DNA from: Lachnospiraceae bacterium
Lineage (GTDB): Bacteria > Bacillota > Clostridia > Lachnospirales > Lachnospiraceae
Assembly (NCBI GenBank): GCA_017624115.1
Contig: JAGANQ010000029.1
Span: 5,148-37,147 of the forward strand
Length of the DNA: 32,000 bases
Reading direction: 5' to 3'
Notes under the pieces: generated by a model
What the model was told of the DNA's origin: nothing
The model's input: the letters and a program-made list of their open reading frames with translations, nothing else
Database searches by the model: none
Made by a program: the position numbers and the translations under genes
Part shown: positions 26,180-32,000 of the stretch, one piece after another
Layout: every line of letters begins with the position of its first letter
Position numbering within the stretch: position 1 is the first letter of the stretch

Positions 26180-27718
26180 ATGCGAAGCATTTCTATGGAA
26201 CGGGTGGAACAGACCAGACAGGCGATGCTTGATACAGTAAAGAGCGCGACCCTTACACATGAGCAGAAGGTCGCAGCGATGGCGAATCTGGCAGATTCCC
26301 TGCTGGAGGTACTGGATTATCCGGAGGGACTGGAGGACATGCTTTTTGTACCGTTTGAAAAGCAGCTGATCTGTGATTTAAATGAAGGACATGCGCCTTT
26401 ACGTCCCCGTTATATTGTGCCGGATTATGAGAAATTTATGAGAGAAGGAAGTGCATTTCTGCAGCTTCCTCCGCCGAAGGATATCTGGGAGGCGGTCAAT
26501 TATCTGCTGATTTTTTATAAGCATGTGCCGAGCGTGACAAATTTCCCGGTTTATATCGGCAATATCGATTATCTTCTCGACCCGTTTATTAAGGACGAGC
26601 AGGAAGCGAAAAAGGCAATCCGGCTGTTTTTATTACAGATAGACCGCACGATTCTGGATTCGTTCTGTCATGCCAATATCGGACCGAAGGCTACAAGGGC
26701 AGGCTATCTTATTCTTGAACTGGAAAAGGAGCTGGAGCAGGCGGTTCCTAATCTGACTCTGAAATATGAGGAAGGAGTTACCCAGGATGATTTTGCACTG
26801 GCAGCTGTAGAGGCATCACTTCATTCTGCCAAGCCGAGCTTTGCTAATCATAAGATGTTTACCAGTGAGCTGGGGGAAGATTATGTGATAGCGAGTTGCT
26901 ACAATGGGCTTTTGCTGGGAGGCGGCTCTTATACGCTGAGCCGACTGCTGCTGGGGCATATCGCTGAGAGAGCAGAGAATATTGAGGACTTTAAGAACCG
27001 CGTTCTTCCTCAGGTAATGGAAACTATGGCAGCCTATATGGATGCCAGAATCCGGTTTATTGTAGAAGAAAGTGGATTTTTTGAAAATAATTTTCTGGCA
27101 AAGGAGGGCTTTATCTACAGAGACCGCTTTTCGGCAATGTATGGTCTTGTAGGAATGGCAGAATGTGTGAATACACTGATGAAGAAGGAAGGAAAGACCT
27201 GCCGTTTTGGTGCCAGTGAGGAAGCCGACAGGCTTGGCGTGGAAATCATGGATATTATAGATGCTTTTAACAGAAAGCACAAGAATATCTACTGCGGGGC
27301 GACTGGTAACAGCTTCCTTCTGCATGCACAGGTGGGACTTGCGAGCGATACCGGCTCAAGTCCGGGCTGCCGTATTCCGATAGGAGAGGAGCCGGAGAGC
27401 TTTCCTGAGCATCTTCGCCACTGTGAGAAATTTCATAAGTATTTCCCATCGGGAATCGGCGATATTTTCCCGATTGACACGACCGTACATAAGAATCCTG
27501 AGTACGTGCTTGATATTGTCAAGGGTGCATTTAAAAATCAGGTACGGTATCTGTCCTTTTATGAGAAGGACAGTGATGTGGTGCGAATTACCGGATATCT
27601 GGTAAAACGTTCTGAGATGGAGAAGCTGAAAGCCGGACAGAATGTATTGCAGGACACGACAGCGCTGGGACTGGGAGGAACAGAGAACGGTCATCTGCTG
27701 GAGCGGAAGGTGCGTTAA
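26180..27718 (+). CDS. YjjI-family (DUF3029-type) putative glycyl-radical enzyme
   Basis: I chose the start at ATG 26180 (AGGAG 9 nt upstream) over the track start at 26105. The 512-aa length matches my memory of E. coli YjjI (about 516 aa). The C-terminal glycine-radical fingerprint is DVVRITGYLVKR. A dedicated activase gene follows immediately. Confidence 0.8.
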   Translation: MRSISMERVEQTRQAMLDTVKSATLTHEQKVAAMANLADSLLEVLDYPEGLEDMLFVPFEKQLICDLNEGHAPLRPRYIVPDYEKFMREGSAFLQLPPPKDIWEAVNYLLIFYKHVPSVTNFPVYIGNIDYLLDPFIKDEQEAKKAIRLFLLQIDRTILDSFCHANIGPKATRAGYLILELEKELEQAVPNLTLKYEEGVTQDDFALAAVEASLHSAKPSFANHKMFTSELGEDYVIASCYNGLLLGGGSYTLSRLLLGHIAERAENIEDFKNRVLPQVMETMAAYMDARIRFIVEESGFFENNFLAKEGFIYRDRFSAMYGLVGMAECVNTLMKKEGKTCRFGASEEADRLGVEIMDIIDAFNRKHKNIYCGATGNSFLLHAQVGLASDTGSSPGCRIPIGEEPESFPEHLRHCEKFHKYFPSGIGDIFPIDTTVHKNPEYVLDIVKGAFKNQVRYLSFYEKDSDVVRITGYLVKRSEMEKLKAGQNVLQDTTALGLGGTENGHLLERKVR

Positions 27719-28564
27719 ATGAAGAAAGCACTTGTAAATAAAATTATTCCGTTCAGCTGTGTGGACGGACCGGGAAACCGGACTGCTGTCTTTCTGCAGG
27801 GATGTAATTTTTCATGTCAGTACTGTCATAATCCAGAAACAATTACAGTTTGTGAAAATTGTGGAGAATGTGTGGCATACTGTAAGACAGGTGCACTGAC
27901 ATTTACCGCAGGAAAAATGAGCTATGACAGCAGCCGCTGCGTGCTGTGTGATGCTTGTATCCGGCATTGCAGAAAACTTTCCAGTCCGCGGACAGAGCTT
28001 CTTTCAGCACAGGAGACGATGGAGAGGGTGCGCAGGAATATGCCGTATATCCGCGGAATTACAGTGTCAGGCGGTGAATGCACGAGACAGGCGGAGTATC
28101 TGAAGGAGCTGTTAAGACTGGCGAAGGCAGAGGGACTGCATACGCTTCTTGACAGCAACGGAAGCTATGCTTTCCGGGAGGATGAAGAGCTGCTTGATTT
28201 GTGTGACGGTGTCATGCTGGATGTAAAGGAAGCGGATGTGCAGCTTCATAAGGAACTGACTGGCTGTGACAATCAACAGGTTTTGGATAATCTGGTGTTT
28301 CTTGCAGAGAAAAAGAAGCTGCATGAGGTGCGCACGGTTGTAATGGCAGAGCATTTCAGAGCAGAAAATACAATACTATGTACAGGCAAATTGCTCAAAT
28401 CATATCTTTCGGAACAAAATATACGTTATAAAATCATAAAATACCGGTCTGTAGGTGTCAGAGAGCCTTACAGGAGCCGCCTTGTGCCGCCTTCTGATGA
28501 AATGCTTGAGAGACTTGGAAAACTGGCTGAAGACATAGGCTTTAAAGAGATTATTATCATATAA
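27719..28564 (+). CDS. Glycyl-radical enzyme activating protein (radical SAM, YjjW-like)
   Basis: The N-terminus is DGPGNRTAVFLQGCNFSCQYCHNPE, containing the CX3CX2C motif. Two ferredoxin-like Cys clusters follow (CENCGECVAYC, CVLCDACIRHC). SAM-binding block: GITVSGGE. Its start codon abuts the stop of the upstream gene. Confidence 0.9.
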   Translation: MKKALVNKIIPFSCVDGPGNRTAVFLQGCNFSCQYCHNPETITVCENCGECVAYCKTGALTFTAGKMSYDSSRCVLCDACIRHCRKLSSPRTELLSAQETMERVRRNMPYIRGITVSGGECTRQAEYLKELLRLAKAEGLHTLLDSNGSYAFREDEELLDLCDGVMLDVKEADVQLHKELTGCDNQQVLDNLVFLAEKKKLHEVRTVVMAEHFRAENTILCTGKLLKSYLSEQNIRYKIIKYRSVGVREPYRSRLVPPSDEMLERLGKLAEDIGFKEIIII

Positions 28565-28579
28565 AGGAGGAACCGTAAG

Positions 28580-30127
28580 TTGGGCAGGGACAGGCATATT
28601 GACTTTGATACCGTAATGGTAGAGATGCGACAGATTGTCAAAAAGTTTGGGGATTTTACCGCCAATGACAACATTAACCTGGCAGTGCATAAGGGCGAGG
28701 TGCATGCGATTCTCGGAGAGAACGGTGCCGGTAAGAGTACATTGATGAATGTACTGTACGGTTTGTATCATCCAACCTCAGGACAGATTCTGGTAGGTGG
28801 AAAGGAAGTGTCCATTGACGGACCGAAGAAAGCGATTGAGCTGGGAATTGGTATGGTGCATCAGCATTTTATGCTGGTTCCGCCGTTTACCGTTACAGAA
28901 AATATTGTACTCGGCATGGAGCCGATGCATGGTATTACGCTGGATATGAAGAAGGCGAGGGAAGAGGTTGTTGCTATTTCAGAAAAATATGGCATGGCGG
29001 TAGACCCGGATGCGAAGATTGAAGATATTTCTGTAGGTATGCAGCAGAGAGTGGAGATTCTCAAGGTGCTGTACCGTGGAGCAGATGTGCTGATTCTGGA
29101 TGAGCCGACAGCTTCTCTGACACCGCAGGAGATTCGGGAGCTGATTGTGATTATTGATAATCTCACAAAGGACGGCAAGTCCGTTATTCTGATTACGCAT
29201 AAGCTCAAGGAGATTAAGGCGGCAGCCGATTTCTGCACGATTATCCGTGCGGGAAAGTATATAGATACCGTGGATGTCAATGAAGTAACGGAAAAAGAGC
29301 TGGCTTCCATGATGGTAGGAAGAAATGTGGAATTTGTCGTCGAAAAGAAGGAGCAGGAGCCGGGTGGGGCAGTGCTCTCCGTGAAAGACCTTCACGGAAA
29401 GGATTACCGTCAGGTGGAAATTCTTAAAGGGCTGAATCTGCAGGTAAGACGCGGCGAGATTCTCGGTATAGCGGGTATCGACGGAAACGGACAGACAGAG
29501 CTTGTGGAGATTATCACGGGACTGCGAAAAGCAGACTCCGGTGAGATTACCATGAATGGAGAAAGTATTTTCAATAAGCCGCCGAAGTACATCTTTGACA
29601 GGGGTGTGTCAAGCATTCCTGCTGACAGGCAGAAGCACGGTCTGGTGTTGGATTTCTCTGTGGCAGACAACCTCATTTTGCAGAATTTTGCAGAGGAAGA
29701 AAATGCGTCACGAGGTTTCCTGAAAAAACAGGATATTATCAATCGTGCGAAGGATCTGATTGAGAAATTTGATATTCGTCCGCGGGAGAGCGAAAATAAG
29801 CCTGCCGGACAGCTTTCTGGAGGAAATCAGCAGAAGGTTATTATTGCCAGAGAGATTACAAACGATAAGGATTTGCTGATTGCTGTGAATCCGACCAGAG
29901 GTCTGGATGTAGGTGCGATAGAGTATGTGCACCGGTATCTGGTTGAGCAGAGAAATAAGAACAAAGCGGTACTTCTGGTTTCCTTCGAGCTTGATGAGAT
30001 AATGAGCCTTTCCGACCGTATTGCTGTTATCTATGACGGCAGAATAACCGGAGAAATGGCAGGGAAGGACGCTGATGAAAATACATTGGGACTTATGATG
30101 GCAGGAGGTGGTAAGCATGAAGACTGA
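28580..30127 (+). CDS. ABC importer ATP-binding protein with duplicated ATPase domains (nucleoside/simple-sugar, NupO/RnsB-like)
   Basis: TTG at 28580 lies 9 nt after GGAGG. The alternative start ATG at 28616 gives MVEMRQIVKKFG. First domain: GENGAGKST, VGMQQRVEI, VLILDEPT. Second domain: degenerate Walker A GIDGNGQTE, then LSGGNQQKV. The gene begins only 15 nt after the activase stop. Confidence 0.9.
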   Translation: MGRDRHIDFDTVMVEMRQIVKKFGDFTANDNINLAVHKGEVHAILGENGAGKSTLMNVLYGLYHPTSGQILVGGKEVSIDGPKKAIELGIGMVHQHFMLVPPFTVTENIVLGMEPMHGITLDMKKAREEVVAISEKYGMAVDPDAKIEDISVGMQQRVEILKVLYRGADVLILDEPTASLTPQEIRELIVIIDNLTKDGKSVILITHKLKEIKAAADFCTIIRAGKYIDTVDVNEVTEKELASMMVGRNVEFVVEKKEQEPGGAVLSVKDLHGKDYRQVEILKGLNLQVRRGEILGIAGIDGNGQTELVEIITGLRKADSGEITMNGESIFNKPPKYIFDRGVSSIPADRQKHGLVLDFSVADNLILQNFAEEENASRGFLKKQDIINRAKDLIEKFDIRPRESENKPAGQLSGGNQQKVIIAREITNDKDLLIAVNPTRGLDVGAIEYVHRYLVEQRNKNKAVLLVSFELDEIMSLSDRIAVIYDGRITGEMAGKDADENTLGLMMAGGGKHED

Positions 30128-31190
30128 TATGAGGAAAATACTGGAAAGTAAGGCGATGCTTACCTTTATTGCTATATTGATTGCATTTGTGGTAGGCGCA
30201 GTGGTTCTGGTGATTGCAGGTATCAATCCGTTTGTGGCATATGCGACTCTGCTGCGAAGCATTTTCGGAGCGCCGAAATACCTGGCATGGTCGGTAGTTT
30301 ATGCGACACCGCTTATTTTTACCGGCCTTTCGGTAGCTTTTTCCTTCCGTACAGGTGTGTTTAACATCGGTGCTGAGGGACAGTTTGTAGTCGGGACACT
30401 GGCGGCAGCCTGTGTGGGCATTCTGGTCGACCTTCCGGCTGTGCTTGAGATTCCGCTCTGCCTTATCGCAGCAGTGGCAGCAGGAGCAGTCTGGGGAATT
30501 ATCGTCGGCTACCTGAAGGTAAAGTGGGGTATCAATGAAGTACTTTCCATGATTATGTTTAACTGGATTGCCTACTATCTGTCAAATTATATGGTAAATC
30601 TTCCGATTCTTCATAAAGAGGGCGGCGGAGAAGCAACAAAGGATATCGTAGATTCGGCGAAAATTGTATTTCCGAAGGTAATTACGCAGGCTTTATGCCC
30701 GAGAACGAATGCGGGAATTATTTTTGCTGTGATTGCAGTCATTGTGATTTATCTGATTATTGAGAAAACAACACTCGGCTATAAGCTGAAGGCGGTAGGC
30801 TTTAAACGTCATGCTGCGGAATATGCCGGTATTCATGTAAACAAGGCGATTATGACAGCGATGTCTATTTCAGGGGCGCTCGCCGGTATGGCAGGAGCTT
30901 TGCAGCTTATGGGAAATTCCTTCCGTGTACCGCAGTTTGCAGGGCAGGAGGGCTACGGCTTCGAGGGTATCACAGTGGCTCTGATAGGCGCTTCGAATCC
31001 AATCGGAGTATTTTTTGCCGGCTTGTTCTACGGAGCCATGAAATATGGAAGTATGAAGCTGAGTATTATAGATGCTCCGGCAGAAATTGTTGACATCATT
31101 ATGGGAACAATTGTATTCTGCATCGCTATTTCCCATGTATTCCGTATTACGCTTAAGAAGAAAAAAACAGATAAGGAGGAGAGTAAGTAA
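30117..31190 (+). CDS. ABC importer permease (NupP/RnsC-like)
   Basis: I prefer ATG 30117 (GGAGG 8 nt upstream, ATGA-type overlap with the ATPase stop) over the track GTG at 30108. The protein is polytopic, with typical strings FNIGAEGQF and GIHVNKAIMTAMSISGALAGMAG. Confidence 0.88.
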   Translation: MKTDMRKILESKAMLTFIAILIAFVVGAVVLVIAGINPFVAYATLLRSIFGAPKYLAWSVVYATPLIFTGLSVAFSFRTGVFNIGAEGQFVVGTLAAACVGILVDLPAVLEIPLCLIAAVAAGAVWGIIVGYLKVKWGINEVLSMIMFNWIAYYLSNYMVNLPILHKEGGGEATKDIVDSAKIVFPKVITQALCPRTNAGIIFAVIAVIVIYLIIEKTTLGYKLKAVGFKRHAAEYAGIHVNKAIMTAMSISGALAGMAGALQLMGNSFRVPQFAGQEGYGFEGITVALIGASNPIGVFFAGLFYGAMKYGSMKLSIIDAPAEIVDIIMGTIVFCIAISHVFRITLKKKKTDKEESK

Positions 31191-32000
31191 TGGATGTGAT
31201 TATGAAAAATCTGGGCTTGATTATCAATGCAACGATGATTTCGACTCCTCCGCTTCTGTTTGCGGCACTTGGCTCTACCTTTTCGGAGCGCAGCGGTGTG
31301 GTCAATATCGGTATCGAGGGAATGATGACAATCGGTGCATTTGCAGGTGCTGTGGCAGCCTGCTTTGTGAATCCATGGCTGGCATTCCTGATAGCAGGAC
31401 TTGCGGGAGCGTTGTTCGGTCTGATGCATGCAATTGCCTGCATTTCCCTGCATGCTGACCAGACGATTTCCGGTACGGCAATTAACTTTCTGGCACCGGG
31501 CGTGGCATTATTCCTGGCAAAGGCGATGTTTGACGGTTCGACCGATACTCCGGCACTGGCGGTTACGCAGAAGCTGCCAAAGCTGTTTGACGAGGTGTTT
31601 CCGGTAGGCTCCTTTGGAAATAATGTATTCAGTGCGTATGCCAGCAGTTATCTGGTATTCGTGGCAGTGCTTATTGTATGGTTTGTATTTTATAAGACAA
31701 AGCTGGGATTGCGTATCCGTGCCGTAGGAGAGCATCCGAAGGCATGTGATACATTGGGCGTGAATGTTTATGGAATCCGCTATTTCTGTGTCATTATTTC
31801 AGGCTTTTTATCAGGGCTTGGCGGAGCCTGTGTAACGATGGCAACGATGAATCAGTTCCGCCCTACATCCATTGTAGGTCAGGGCTTTATCGCGATTGCT
31901 GCAGTTATCTTTGGTAAATTTACGCCGCAGGGTGCGATGCTTGCCTGTATTCTGTTTGGCATCTGCAATGGTATCAAGACAGTTGCAAGTGCAGGAAATG
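31190..32000 (+). CDS. ABC importer permease 2 (NupQ/RnsD-like), 3' end runs off the window
   Basis: It is not in the ORF track because it has no stop in the window. ATG 31190 overlaps the upstream TAA (TAATG), and AAGGAGGAG lies upstream. The translation MDVIMKNLGLIINATMISTPPLLFAALGSTFSERSGVVNIGIEGMMTIGAF...RIRAVGEHPKACDTLGVNV is typical of this permease family. The frame is open to the window end. Confidence 0.88.
   Translation, partial: MDVIMKNLGLIINATMISTPPLLFAALGSTFSERSGVVNIGIEGMMTIGAFAGAVAACFVNPWLAFLIAGLAGALFGLMHAIACISLHADQTISGTAINFLAPGVALFLAKAMFDGSTDTPALAVTQKLPKLFDEVFPVGSFGNNVFSAYASSYLVFVAVLIVWFVFYKTKLGLRIRAVGEHPKACDTLGVNVYGIRYFCVIISGFLSGLGGACVTMATMNQFRPTSIVGQGFIAIAAVIFGKFTPQGAMLACILFGICNGIKTVASAGN

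Noticed and set aside
1-32000. Scan for rRNA, tRNA, CRISPR arrays, IS elements with terminal inverted repeats, toxin-antitoxin pairs and known defence genes
   Set aside because: I recognised none by eye. All intergenic regions are under about 320 bp and are accounted for by promoters, terminators and the repeats listed. A covariance-model scan (tRNAscan, Infernal) would be needed to exclude small structured RNAs formally.

Overview
This is a chromosomal segment, mostly housekeeping and cell-envelope genes, from a Gram-positive anaerobe. Gene content and GGAGG-type ribosome-binding sites look Clostridia/Lachnospiraceae-like, but the taxon is inference. I call 26 protein genes. Three are absent from the supplied ORF track: two are cut by the window edges and one is a 49-codon GTG ORF. 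I saw no rRNA, tRNA, CRISPR array or complete mobile element.

Gene order, left to right:
- a truncated MsbA-like ABC exporter (-)
- a 1383-aa secreted protein with 10 Big_2 Ig-like repeats (+)
- a patch of small genes at 6.2-7.6 kb: 94-aa and 158-aa hypotheticals, a 49-aa ORF and a 76-aa Cys/Gly-rich two-repeat ORF
- a lone tyrosine recombinase (-)
- a PurF-like amidophosphoribosyltransferase whose N-terminus lacks the nucleophile Cys
- dapF
- a four-gene SGNH / DUF4358-like lipoprotein / MBOAT / DHHW O-acylation-type operon
- a three-gene ABC importer (ABC_sub_bind-type lipoprotein, permease, ATPase)
- a ParE/ParC-like type IIA topoisomerase pair
- an ABC-2 type transporter operon (-)
- a YjjI-type glycyl-radical enzyme plus YjjW-type activase, packed directly in front of a nucleoside/sugar-type ABC importer (double ATPase and two permeases, the last truncated)

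Nothing here resembles a known defence system. The items most worth a second look are:
1. The orphan glycyl-radical enzyme and importer operon.
2. The 7.3-8.8 kb recombinase corner. The Cys/Gly-rich ORF has no ATG and no SD. Its 5' end is one arm of a 67-bp near-palindrome. Five phased 11-bp repeats lie at the integrase 3' end.
3. A 19-nt motif, ATGATACCAGGGTCAAAAG. It is embedded in palindromes upstream of the Big_2 gene and recurs at the promoter of the distant ABC-2 operon.
4. The Cys-less PurF paralogue.

All functional statements rest on motif recognition by eye. No searches were run.
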